Positions 1 to 12,228 are shown, counted from the stretch's first letter. The stretch is 64,000 bases of DNA from Octopus sinensis (GCF_006345805.1 NC_043015.1:35526001-35590000), one strand, 5' to 3'. Made by a program: numbers and translations. The notes: generated by a model not told the origin, from the sequence alone.

Positions 1-50
1 ATTTCGAAGGAATAAGGGGTGCATTATGCCGCCTTCTCATCAGGAAAAAC
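1..50 (-). ncRNA. Type I hammerhead ribozyme-like motif, truncated by window edge
   Basis: Minus strand reads CUGAUGA (43-37), stem II GAAGG (36-32)/CCUUC (10-6) closing a 21-nt loop, then GAAA (5-2). Stem III and the cleavage triplet lie beyond position 1. Confidence 0.6.
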
Positions 51-140
51 AAGGAACTTATGTCAGCATCAAGATGAACAAAAAATTTTAGATGACTGCC
101 CACACGGAGCCCATAGCGATAATGAGTGTTTCTTTAAAAC

Positions 141-199
141 ATTCCGTTATAAGCAGTGACGTCAAAAACGGTTTTTGACGTCACTGCTTAAAACGGAAT
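141..199. repeat. Hairpin with 29-bp arms
   Basis: attccgttataagcagtgacgtcaaaaac (141-169) and gtttttgacgtcactgcttaaaacggaat (171-199) are reverse complements with one mismatch and a 1-nt loop. Confidence 0.9.
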
Positions 200-321
200 A
201 TTTTTTGCCGAACAGCTATGTTACGGGGACGTAAATCCACCAGCATCGGTTGTCAAGCGACGACAGAGGAGACAAACACAGACAAACATACACACATGCA
301 TATATACAAATATATACGACG

Positions 322-482
322 ATCTTCTTTCAGCTTCCGTCTACCAAATCCACTCACAAGGCTTTGGTTGGTCCGAGGCTATAGTAGAAGACACTCGCCC
401 AAGGTGCTACGCAGTGGGCCTGAACCCGGAACCATGTGGCCATAAAGCAAGCTACATACCACACAGCCACTCCTGCGCCTAT
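322..482 (-). mobile_element. tRNA-derived SINE, family A (5' part)
   Basis: Reverse strand gives A-box-like TGGCTGTGTGG and B-box-like GGTTCAGGCCC followed by accttgggcgagtgtcttctactatagcc; many near-identical copies in window. Confidence 0.85.
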
Positions 483-1174
483 AAGTAATAGTTTATATGT
501 ACTTATGTGTACGTGCGCGCGCACACACACATATATGTGCGTGTGTGTGCGTGTGCTTGTTTGTGTACGTGTGTGTATGTGCGTGTGCATATGTGTGTAC
601 GCGTGAGAGTGTGTGTGCGTTACTGTGTATGTGTGTGTATGTATGTATACACTCATTAATACACATACGCTCGTGCACATATATACTCTTTAAAAATCAT
701 AATTATCCCAAGTTTAGTCATTTGTTGACTTTCCAATCAATACACAAAACCAGATTTTCCCATTAGCTAGAATTTCTCTCTCTCTCTTTCTCTCTAGCGA
801 TCTGTCTGTCTATACACATAACCACTTTATTTATATACCCACCACATATGCGTGCATACACAAATACACACATGCACATACACTCAACTGCATACACGCA
901 CGCACACACACACTAACATGCACACACACACACACTCACATGCACACACATACATATGTACATCCGTAGTCACATACATAGACAAACGTCGTCATATTGC
1001 TAAGTGATTAAGAATTTCGTTACCCAACCACACTCGGATTAAACACCTCAGCGTGGACCCTTGCAGAAATATGTTCTACTAAAGCCTCCCGATAGCCAAA
1101 GCCTTCTGAATGGACTTGCTTAACGGAAACTGTACATACATACTTACATACATACATACACACACGTTATGTTC

Positions 1175-1205
<31 letters not shown>

Positions 1206-1513
1206 GTATTTTTGTACTTATATTCGTGTAACATCGTCTGTTTTTCCGTCCTTGTTTTCGTATACATTCGATGCTATTTTTCCAAGGAATCTAACGCTCT
1301 TAGCTTAGTTTTTCGTAGGGGCTGGTCAGATTGGAGCAATCTCAAGATTAATCAGCCGAAATTGCGAGGATGATCCGGTTCTTGACTGAGGATAAAAAGC
1401 TTCGAATGCACGTCCTTGTTTTTTTGTATCGTCTATCTGGATGTATTGTTGTCCCTTTTGTATCATTTAGTTGTTCGGATGTTTTGCGTTCTTGTGTGTG
1501 TATATATATATAT

Positions 1514-1920
1514 CGGCGCATAGGTGGCTGTGTGGCAAGTAGTTTGCTTTCCAACCACATGGTTCCGGATTCAGTCTCAATGCGTGTCACCTTGGGCAAG
1601 TGTCTTCTACTATAGCCTCGGGCAGACCAAAGCCTTGAGAGTGGATTTGGTAGACGGGAACTGAAAGAAGCCTGTCGTATATATATATATATATGCTTTT
1701 ATATATGGGTGTGTATATGTTTGTGTGTCTGTGTTTGTTCCCCCAACATCGCTTGACAACCGATGGTGTTATGTTTATGTCCCCGTAACTGAGCAGTTCG
1801 GCAAAATAATTCGATAGAATAAGTTCTAGGCTTACAAAGAATAAGTCGTGGGGTCGATTTTCTCTACTAAAAGCGGTGCTCCAGCATGGCCGCTGTCAAA
1901 TGACTGAAACAGGTAAAAGA
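1514..1920 (+). mobile_element. tRNA-derived SINE, family A, full length
   Basis: Head ggctgtgtgg...ggttccggattcagtc, body accttgggcaagtgtcttctactatagcc, TA/TG spacer, tail gcggtgctccagcatggccgc..aaatgactgaaac. Confidence 0.85.
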
Positions 1921-2422
1921 GTGTATATATATATATACATATACTCTCATACATACATAGAAGAAGCAGAAAGATATTTTTTTCAACACGTAAATACTGA
2001 ACAGTGTATATAAAGGATAAAATCCTCTGAAGAGCAGAAAACCTTATAGAATACACTTAGTTGTGCTCAAGAGATTCAAATTTGAACGGGTATAGAAGTA
2101 AATTTAGGGATAAGCAAATTAAACCGATTAATATTTAAAATTGTATATATATATATATATACAAAAAATCCAAATGATATAGAGGATTAAATGTGGGGGG
2201 GGGTATTACAATTTTCCTTCCCTCCCTTTAATTCTCTATATCATTTGCTCTCTGTGTCAGTGGACCTTTTATATGTATATATTTATGCATTTTTGGCATT
2301 CATGTATCTAACATACCTTATATATCGATCTAATTTGAATATCACTACCATTAATTACTTCCATTAATTAATAAATTAGAAACAAATAATATATGCATAA
2401 ACAATCGGGGAACTGACACAGA

Positions 2423-2460
2423 AGGTCAGCAAAAGGTCATCCGTTACGGGCCAGAGGTCA
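2423..2460 (+). promoter_or_regulatory. Candidate nuclear-receptor response element: perfect DR5 plus a third half-site
   Basis: AGGTCA (2423-2428) gcaaa AGGTCA (2434-2439); third AGGTCA at 2455-2460; lies in non-repetitive-looking sequence. Confidence 0.4.
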
Positions 2461-3934
2461 AACGTAATTTTCCGCCTTAGCAATAATATGGTGGTGGCGC
2501 AGAAGGGAAATGGCCAGCCAAAAAACGCCGTCGGGAAATGATTGAATTAAAAAGAAAAGAAAGAAAGGGACCAAACAAAACAGAAAATGAAGAGACAAGA
2601 AATAAACAACTCTGCGATACTCTGCGATCATAGAAATGAGGTATAAATGTAATTCAAGGGGCCGAACGAAGGATAAGGACGAAAAGAAAGAGGACGACAT
2701 GAAGTAAGCGAAGTGAAATAAATAGAAACTGGTGTTAGGGTGAGGTAGGGGTGAAAAATGGTTAACCCTGGAAGACTATCGTAAAGGATTAACAGAGGAG
2801 ACAGCGAAAAGGTGAAACACACATTATTCGCTGCAATGGTCAAAAGTTTATCAAGTCCCTTTGGCAGTCCGTTGCTCCTAGATTCGAACCACAACTTGGC
2901 ATCTTTGTCAAGAATTACTTACCAAAGCTCCAGGTCAATCTAAGCCATGTACTTGAAGTTACGTTGGTGGAAACTTTAAGGAAGCCTCTCGGATTGTACC
3001 TGTAATTCGAACGTCTAACCTTTCCACACACTATGTTACTCTGATTCTGCTCGTGGATTATTTTAAGGGTATATATGTCCGGAATACACAGCCATTTATT
3101 CACTCGTTCTATAACTAGTCTTTTCAGTTTGTTGGACAACTGAACAGTCATCGTCGAAAACGACGTAAATCCATTTACTTTCACACACACTTGAACATAC
3201 TCCCACACATACACAGCGCTACGTATGTGTGTATACAAAAATATATCTACACACACTTGAATATATATTCATAAAAACATACATATATAAAAATATACAT
3301 GCGTCCACGCTTGCATATATGCACGTGTATATATCTATATATATATTCATGTGTATACATAAATGCATACATATATGTATAAATGTACATGTATGCATGT
3401 GTATATGCACGTGTGTGCGTACATATATATCTGTGTATAAGCACACACATACTCATGTTCGTATGTGTGTGTGCGTGCGTTACGATTTCATGTGGTTATG
3501 TACGTGTGTACGTAAGTGCGCATGCGTGCGTTTAAGAGTCTGAGTAATAAAATGTTCGTAAACTTGTTAAACAGAGTCCGACCAAGAGATCAACCACCTG
3601 ACCAACCACCTGACCAGCCAGCCACTTAATCATCGCTGAAGTCGTAAACTCCATTTAACTTAATTTTAATGCAAGGAAAATGGCTAATAACAGTTAGTTG
3701 GACAGCAATTCGTTTGGTGGCCATTGACGTTGCCGGCTAATTGCTAATATATACTGTGTTGGTGTTTTTGTTGGGGTTTATAATGGAAGAGGTACCGGAG
3801 AGGGAGACAGAGTGATAGAGGGGAGGGGGAGAAAAGGAGAGAGAGACAAAGTGTGACGTAGAGTGATGAAGTGAAAAAGAGAAGGAATGTGAATGAAAAA
3901 TAATTAGAGAGCGTAAGAGGGAAGAGACAGACAT

Positions 3935-3967
<33 letters not shown>

Positions 3968-4112
3968 GAGGGAGGGAGGGAGGAAGGAAGAGTCAGGAAG
4001 CGATAGAAGTAAAGCGAAGCTGGGAAGGTTGGAAAACAAGACTGATTCTAAACGAAGAATATACAAAGGTAAGAGAGGAAGACTGAGAAATAAACGGCAT
4101 CGTGTGTGCGCC

Positions 4113-4160
<48 letters not shown>

Positions 4161-5189
4161 AAAGGGAGTGAATGTGGTGTGATGCTGGAAGGAGAAATAA
4201 AAGACTGTGTGAGAGTGAAGCCTGTGATAATGTGTGATTGGGGAACGTAGAAATAGGTAGAAAGATAGATATATAAGTGCGTAAATGGATAATGAGAGAG
4301 GGACACATGGAGTGGGAGAAAGAGAAATAGGGTTCGTATATTAGGGGAGAGATAGGTATACAATGAAACAGAATAAAAATAAATAATTGGGGTAAATTAC
4401 TACATCATGAATATCTGTGTCTAGCTGTCTGTGTGTCTCTCTGTCTATATATCTATCTGCTTGTCTGTCTATGTGTGTCTGTTTATGTGTCTGTCTGTCT
4501 ACCTGCCTGTGTGTCTCTTTCTCCATGTATGAATATATATATATGTGTGTGTGTGTATAAGCATGTGTGTATATGTAATGGCTCACATGCGCGCACACAT
4601 TTACACATATGATAAACAGGAGAGAAAGAGAGAGAGAGAAAGGAAGGAGAAGGAGGGAAAGGGGGAGAGGGAAAGAACAACGAAGGAAGAAAGATATAAA
4701 GAAACATCGAATGACAATATTAAAATAATGTCTCTTTTTCTCTCCTTTTCTCTCTTTAGGATTTCATTGATTAAATTATATATTTTGGGTTTTTTTATAT
4801 TTTATTTCCTTTATTGGATCAATATATTTTATTTGATTTGCTTTCGGTTTGTCATGTTTAATTTGTTTTACCAATTTTTTAGGTTTTTTTTGTGTTTTCG
4901 TAAGTTTTCATTATTGAAAATGAGTAATTTGTAATAAAATATGGCGACAAAGAGTGATTTCAGAGAATGTTTCGGACGAGGCCATAGATTCCGAGCGGGA
5001 AAGTGTATTAAATGAGGCCAAAAATGTGTAGGTTATGGAATCGGTCCTTTTTGCATGATTGGTACGTTTATTTTAATATTTCTAAGTCAGAAGTAATCAA
5101 TGGAGAAGATGACGTTGGCCCTACCCAACGCAGTAATAATTTTTTCTACGATAGGCCCTATAGAATGAAACTTATGGGAAAGGGTGCTA

Positions 5190-5335
5190 ACCGATTAGGT
5201 ATCCCGGTGATCGGCTGGTACTTTATTTCATCAACCCTAGAAGAGGTGAAAGATAAAGTCAAACTAGTCGGAATTTGAACTGAGATGATGCTAAGCATTT
5301 TGACCGACGCACTAACAATTCTTTAAAGCTCGCGA
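5190..5335 (-). mobile_element. tRNA-derived SINE, family B (decayed)
   Basis: tggtactttatttcatcaaccc...aaagtcaaactagtcggaatttgaactgag matches the family B copies at 21945-22320 and 51240-51432. Confidence 0.65.
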
Positions 5336-5384
5336 CGTTAAAAATAGGTTTCAAATTTCAAATAATAATAAAAATGATGATACT

Positions 5385-5830
5385 GGAAACAAATGGTACA
5401 ATCATCGATTCGAAAGAGAACTGGAGTCAGAGAAATGTAAGATTTTGTTGGCCTTTCCTATTCAAATGGACAAGAAGTTAGAAAATAATAGACCAGACAT
5501 AACAATTATAGATAAGGGAAGTCGAAGTTACTTACTAATTGACCTATCATGCCCGTCTGATTCCAGGATCGTAAAGAAAGAGGAAGAAAAACGAAAAATA
5601 TACAATTCCTTAAAATAGGAAGAATTTGGAGCATGAGAACAGTAAAGGTTATGCCTATAATAATTGGTGCACTGGGAACAGTAAGCCAAGATATAGACAA
5701 ACGGCTGAAGGGGATTGGAACAGAATGCCTGGTAGAGCTCATACAGAATGTTTATCTCTCTCAGGGACAGCAAGGATTATCTGGAGGGTCCTTAGCACTT
5801 GAAAGACGGCTGAAAACTTGAGTACACCTT
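5385..5830 (+). mobile_element. R4/Dong-like non-LTR retrotransposon 3' fragment (restriction-like endonuclease domain), frameshifted
   Basis: Translates as WYNH..E.EKCKIL..FPIQ.DKKLENNRPDITIID...LLID.SCP.D.RIVKKEEEK, then after a frameshift GRIWSMRTVKVMPIIIGALGTV. RPD..D..K and PIIIGALG are typical RLE motifs. Confidence 0.8.
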
Positions 5831-6673
5831 AGGTCACAGGTAGTTACCCGCTACCCACATAAACACCACAAGGAATAAGTTGGAACCTGAACCAATGTTG
5901 TCCTTTGAAGTCTCTAAGTGAGACTTGGAGTCCACCAAAATACACGCATGCTGAAAATCACCCAATTTCCCAAACCACGCCCGCAAAAATATAACCTCTT
6001 TGGCTGGGGTAAAAAAAATATATCACAGCTATATGATTTTTTTTAAATACTTTAAAAACAGGAATCATCGGAAGCAGTTCCCAACCACCAACATCATCAT
6101 CATCATCATCAGCATTGTCATTGCTTTCGCTTCAACCACATACACCGCCATCAATGTTATCATGACGGTTACCTTGACAGTCACTTTCACCACCACAACC
6201 AGTAGAACCACTGCAATACCACCATCACACATCTAATACTATCATCAACACTACTATTATCCCCATCACCTCAGCATCACACTGTTCCTGTCGCCATTAT
6301 AAAATCACCGATACTATTTTATCCTCCTCCCATACTTATCTCGACCATCGTCATCATCAACACTGTCTCTGCTTTCACCACAATCAGTTTCTTTACACAG
6401 TTGAAAATCCATTATCCGATACTCATGGAACCGAGATTGTTGCACATTTTTGATTTTTATAATTACGGAGTGCTTTCTTAAAACAAAATTGTATCTACAA
6501 AACAGAACAGTTTGGGGATAGAAACCAGGTATAAACACAATAGCTTATAGACATACTCTGAATGTAGTTCTATATAAATCTTTAATAATTTTTTTCAATA
6601 CTGAAGACCATCAGGAATGTTAACATATCAGCCTCTACCCACGTTGTCATACTTTGATTAAAAGGTTATAGCG

Positions 6674-7150
6674 TAGATTAGATTAGATTAGATAAGTTTC
6701 GGCCGAAGTTGAATCAGGTCATGTCAACTTTAATAGCACCACCTGGAAGGGATACCAGTCAGCTCTAGGGAACTGTAGCCCATTCAAGAAGAGGGTTGTT
6801 GTTTTCAGAGACATATCTGGGGCTGGGTGGTTTATCTGGTATTTGTTGGGGGTAATCATCTTGGGATCGTTTGAATGCCGTGGAGTCACATTCCTTCTTT
6901 ATGTGTGTCTGGCACGATGTTGAAGCGCGCAGGGCCAATTGAGGTGAAATAGTTCTGTCATAGTGTTGTGATACGACACGAACATTTCTGTAGTGGACAA
7001 ATGGCCTTGCACAAATTTTAAGGATGGGCAATGTTGATGGAATATTATCCACATCATACAGATGGTACAGAGCTGACAGCGGCGGTGGAGGGAGCAAAGC
7101 CTGAGCTTTTTGAGTCGATCCCAATAGTCAAGGCTTGTCATGTCATCCTC
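6674..7150 (-). mobile_element. CR1/L2-like LINE 3' end
   Basis: Minus translation LDYWDRLKKLRLCSLHRR resembles the CR1 C-terminal L.Y.ERL..L.L.SL.RR motif; ends in a (TCTAA)n tail at 6674-6693. Confidence 0.7.
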
Positions 7151-7319
7151 CGCAGACCTCCGCCAAGCAGTTCATTTTATGATCGATACGCGAGCAAAAT
7201 TACTAATAGAGAAACGAAAATAAACATTGGAAACAGCAACCATAGGTTACGTGGAAACGATGAACGTGTTTTCAAGGGAGATATTCAAAGAACATAACAT
7301 TGTAATACTTCATGTAAAG

Positions 7320-7545
7320 TAAATATAACAAATGAAAAATCCTTCAAGCATCCATAAAAATTCTCGGATCACTACCAAAATTTCATCATCTGTTCCTTGT
7401 ATCATTACTAACTTTTTCTGCAAGTTTTATCAATTAGCATTCACAACTTTTTGAGTCTTTTGCTAACAGACGGACAGGCGTTCAAACCAGTGCCGATGAA
7501 AATATAACCTCCCTCCTTGGCGTTGGTAATAATAACAATATCGAC
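7320..7545 (+). mobile_element. Helitron/Helentron-associated non-autonomous element, 3' part
   Basis: aaaatttcatc..aactttttgagt..acagacggacag..gaaaatataacctcc..ttggcgttggtaataa resembles the ends of DINE-1/HINE-like elements (pattern recall). Confidence 0.4.
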
Positions 7546-7564
7546 CTTACCTCGAAATAAGGTC

Positions 7565-9285
7565 TTTCCTAAACTGTACTGCCACCCAACTTCCCATTCC
7601 TGGACGGCTAACAGACAAAGATCTGATAGACGCCGAAAATGAGGACTAGTGCGCGCGTGTTGGAAATCCTGGTCTCACTGATAGTAGTTACGTTCAATTC
7701 TAAAGACCTGAGGTCGTTGAGCAGACGCCTCTGCTTCCAGGGCGACCCCAGGTCTCGAACATTTAAACCTCCTACTCTTAATATGGCCATATTGGCAAGC
7801 TAAAAAGAAAGGGGAAAGGTTCACTCACCTCCCGGTGTATTGTGAAGGTCGGTGTGAGTATTGTAAACATTTAGGTGTGAGTTTCACGTTCCCACGTCGC
7901 TAGGAAAATTGTCTTGAATTCTTGTGTAGGAATCGAGCGGCATTCGCACCAGAAGCAGATGTGGTACTTGAAATGTGCTCCATTCAAAAAAATCACCCCT
8001 CTATTTCAATTTCAGTGATTTGTGTTAGGGAGCCATCAGTTCTTTGTTAGCCTTTCTGATAAGTGCGAAGATGAGTAATTTTTGTTGGTGTGGTTTTATT
8101 TGTTTGTTTGACTAATGGTTTTGTTTGTGTTGTTTTGGTTGTATCTGCGGTTTTATATGTTTGTGTGAGTGTTCGTTCTTGTGTCTGTTTAGGTATTTTG
8201 CGTTTGGGGGGTTTTGGTGATGGTGTTGGTTCTGTTAATGTTGGTGTTGTTGGAGAGGTGCTTGCGTGGGTGGTGTCTGTATTTTTTTTTTATTGTGCGT
8301 ATTGTTATGCTTTGTGGAGATTTTCTTATGTGCATTCTTTGTTTTTGGGGACCTTTTTTATTTTCCTTCATCTTTACTACTGGAAGATGAGGGGTCTGTG
8401 GTTCTAAGCGTGACTGTGTGTATGTTTATATTCTTTGGTGTGGGGAGAGTTGGAGAGCTTTCCTCGTTTCCAGCTCGGGTGGGTAATAATCTTTGGTGGT
8501 GTTTCGTTTGTTGTTGCTGGTGATTTTGCCGGTGCTAGTGTTAGTTGTGGTCCTCGTCCGGGCGTAGGCAGCAGTGGAGGCCTTCGACCCCTTGCATCTA
8601 TTATCAGTTGAGAGCAGAAAGCTCGCAAATGTTTTTTTTTTCTCAATGATCTAGAGAAGTACCTCCAGACTCTCCCTGGCAGTCTTTGCCACCTCTATCG
8701 GGACGGTATCTGATCCTTGTTCGACTACGCATCCCAGAATCCACCCTATGTCAAGTCCTGGTGGAATTCTGCGAATGCAGACAGACGCTGTTCTTTTTCA
8801 CATATGGAAGGGATACGTAATGACCTTGCTAGTTGAGCAAGGTGTCATTGAGTGCTTCATAGCGAGCGCTTCTGACTTAAAAAGCACCGAAATAATGCCG
8901 TATTGTCTGCCCCTCGCTATGTACTCGGTATCAATCTCTGATACATTTCCGTATCATAGAAACTTGTGCTATTATTGCTAATTTCTTTCTTTCTGCTGAG
9001 ATGAATCTGAAATGAACTGTTTTTTCCTACACTGCTCCAATTGCATCCTTCGGGATGGTTAAGTTGGCCCAGGTTTGTTCAGGCTTGATGAGCTTCCAGG
9101 CTGAGGCCAAACTTTTCCTCTTTATTTGTGGACGCTGTAACGAGGTCTCCTTTTGGCTACTGCTGCTGAGAACGTGTTCCCGTTGTTGTTGGTAAATTGG
9201 TATTTTTATTGGTGTTGGTTTTTCCACAGACAAGGTGAAAAACACAGTATAAAGGGTAACTTACGAAGCGTGTTCAGAAGAACGT
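7565..9285 (-). mobile_element. Tx1/L1-like LINE, 5' half (decayed ORF1 and start of ORF2 AP endonuclease)
   Basis: 7790-7608 gives MAILRVGGLNVRDL...K.RRLLNDLRSL..NVTTISETR (APE N-terminal LNVRGL..QET pattern). 8960-8690 gives a near-open ORF1-like frame (GNVSEID..YGIISVLF..VCIRRIPPGLDIGWILG). Confidence 0.65.
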
Positions 9286-9359
9286 CTTACGTATCCTGCA
9301 GCGAATATTAATACTGCTGCTGCTGCTGATGATGATGATCATAATAATAATAATAACAG

Positions 9360-9880
9360 CAAGACACTGGCTCTCATGGCTTGTGATCTTAACTGACTAA
9401 AATTGTTATCATGTACATTTTTTCTTGGTATAAAAGATGGGCTACAGCAAATATTCTGCGCAATATCACAGATTTGCTTGTCAGTTGTTTGACCATGTCC
9501 AGTTCAGCAAGTCCCTTTTTGGTTGACGATATTTGTATCTCTGATCATGAGCAGAAGTAGTGGAGAAACATAATAGCCATGAGTTGAGAGAAATTGTTTG
9601 GAGTTTGAATACTTTACCTTTGAAACATGGATGTTTTCTTCAACGTACTTCAACAACCCTTATTCAGGGACCTTTTGAGCTACTAGGCCTGAAGAAAACT
9701 CTGGCCCCATCTGCAAGGTAATACGCTGTTCATCTTGATATAGGATCACTATGTCACGCACATATGGTTGTGATGCATGTGCCTGGTGTGCCCTTAACAG
9801 ACGGGTAGTCATGATTGGTATACTGGGCTTCGTATATTTTATCTCTGTGCCACTTTGATCGCATGCTCTCTTAATAATAA
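9360..9880 (+). mobile_element. Interspersed repeat, probably a LINE 3' UTR with (AAT)n tail
   Basis: Non-coding, recognised as an abundant octopus-type repeat; flanked by (TAA)n at 9343-9356 and ending in aataataat at ~9873-9881. Confidence 0.45.
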
Positions 9881-10453
9881 TTGCCATATTGTCTTCATAT
9901 ATTACATTAATGAAGTGTTTGCACATGATAAGCTCATGATCTGCAGCATTTAATTGCTATTTATCTCATCAATCAAGAGAAACAACTTTAATCGAACTGA
10001 CCTCCTTCTTCTAATTCGATTTGTTGTTCTTTTTCTTCTCCCCTATTACTCTCTTCCTCATCCTTCTTTACCATCATCATCATCACGTATCAGATCACAT
10101 CACATGACATAACACCACGCCATTTCACGTTAACATTTTAAACCACATCGCATCACATGATGTTGCAGCGGGATACCTCTCATCTCACTTTTAAGTGATT
10201 CCTCGTTGGGGGTTGCAATATTTAAAAGCTTAGTGGGTTTGGTATGTGCGTTTGAGTCCCTGTGTGTCTCTCTGAGTGCATGTGTACACACACACACACA
10301 CACACACATGTATATGACCAGTAAGTTTACGAAGTGTTTTTAGTAGTGAAACAATATATTGCTCTACCCTCGGTATTCGAGTACCATTTTCTTCGCATCA
10401 TTTTGCATCTTGTCCTCTTGCTCATGTATGTATGAGTATGTATGTATGTTTCT

Positions 10454-10490
<37 letters not shown>

Positions 10491-10524
10491 GATATATATA
10501 TATATATATATATATATAGATATA

Positions 10525-10619
<95 letters not shown>

Positions 10620-10623
<4 letters not shown>

Positions 10624-10990
10624 ATCCAAGCATGAAAACACAAAGAGAAAACACAACAACGCGAGGACATGGAACAAGTATAGTGTTATTAGACGCTCAG
10701 GATGGAAAGAAAGAAGGATTTAACGTTTCGAGCAGAGCTCTTCGTCAGAAACATAGGAAAAGGAAAGATCCAAGGAAGAGAAGATGGTGGAAAAAAAAAT
10801 CGCCAGCGATACACACACACACACACACATTTTGGTTTTGTATCTGGCTTCTAAGATTATGTGAATTCATGTGCTGAAGCAAATATTGTTGTGTCTGGGG
10901 AGGGTCATAAGGCCTTAATGCGTTAACATCTAACAAACTCATCCGTTTATATTCCACTTATATTTTTTTCTAAAACTTTCTTATTTTGCA
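10620..10990 (-). mobile_element. Penelope-like terminal repeat remnant
   Basis: 10620-10805 is the reverse complement of the repeat at ~17850-18030; 10830-10990 resembles 38290-38480; contains an HHR motif. Confidence 0.55.
10718..10752 (-). ncRNA. Minimal type I hammerhead motif (Penelope-type)
   Basis: GUUU CUGACGA A GAGC UCU GCUC GAAAC GUU AAAU: stem I GUUU/AAAU, stem II GAGC/GCUC, palindromic ACGU stem III, putative GUU cleavage triplet. Confidence 0.55.
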
Positions 10991-11055
10991 ACCTTGTCAA
11001 TGGACAAATACATACATATATATATATATATATACACACATACACACACACATAT

Positions 11056-11100
<45 letters not shown>

Positions 11101-12139
11101 TGTATGTATAACTTTACATATTCCATGTTTTCATTTTGCTTGTGTATATTAATGTGTGCCTGCCAGTAAGTACGTGAGTACGTGCATGTATTGCGACAAT
11201 AAGTGTTTGTCTATGCGTGTATTTTAAGGATGTGAATATTGTGCACGTCTGCGTGCAAGTGTAGGTGTTTGTTACTATGTATGTATATATGCACGCGTCC
11301 CTACGAATGTGTGCGTGAGTGAACCTGCATCGGATTACGATATATGGGATTTTGAAGCCTGGCGGGAAAATACATTTTAATACACCGGCTTTGTATCACA
11401 CGATAATGGTGCTTAATAACAAAGAATATAGCAAAAGGGAAAGCAAAACAAAACAAAATCTAATAAACAAAAAATAAGCAGCTACAAAATCTTTCACAGC
11501 AGAAATCAAAAATAGCGCAGGATTGTGACAGTGGCTGTAGCAGAGAAGGTGTGGGGTGTACGGTAGCCGTGTCTCTCTAACTCTCTCTCATATATATATA
11601 TATATAATATATATAATTTTAATCCAAAAGGGAAACAAAAAAACAACAACATATATATATAATGTATGTATATATACGTATTCATGCACAGATAAACACA
11701 TTCACACACATATAGTCATTATATATGTATACACACAAAAACACATATGTATATATTCATACATACATACACAGGTACGTACGTACGTACATATATGTTG
11801 GTATATCGATTTTTATTTTACTTTAGCAACACCACATTTCGTGGTTGTGGACATAGAATCGATTGTTTCTTCATGGTCAAACTAGAGAGGTTAAAAGCCT
11901 GACATCCGGTTGGTTTTGTCAATTGAGCTAATCCCCTCCTTCTTCGTGGTATTTCGTATTTCAACAACTTTAGGACACGCTACTTGATAGCTTCGTTAGA
12001 AAGGAGATGTATGTGTGTATTTACATATGTCTATACGTTTTCGACACACAAACATACATAGGTGGAGAATTATATATATACAAACACATACACAGACATA
12101 AACGCAGATATAATGATATATATATTATATATATATATG

Positions 12140-12179
<40 letters not shown>

Positions 12180-12228
12180 ATTAGCGTTAATGATGAATGT
12201 GTATTTTGTGTGCATCACGTTACAATAT

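Noticed and set aside
4920-5010. aaaatatggcgac followed by an acidic short frame, like a DNA transposon 5' region
   Set aside because: No TIR or transposase motif found nearby.
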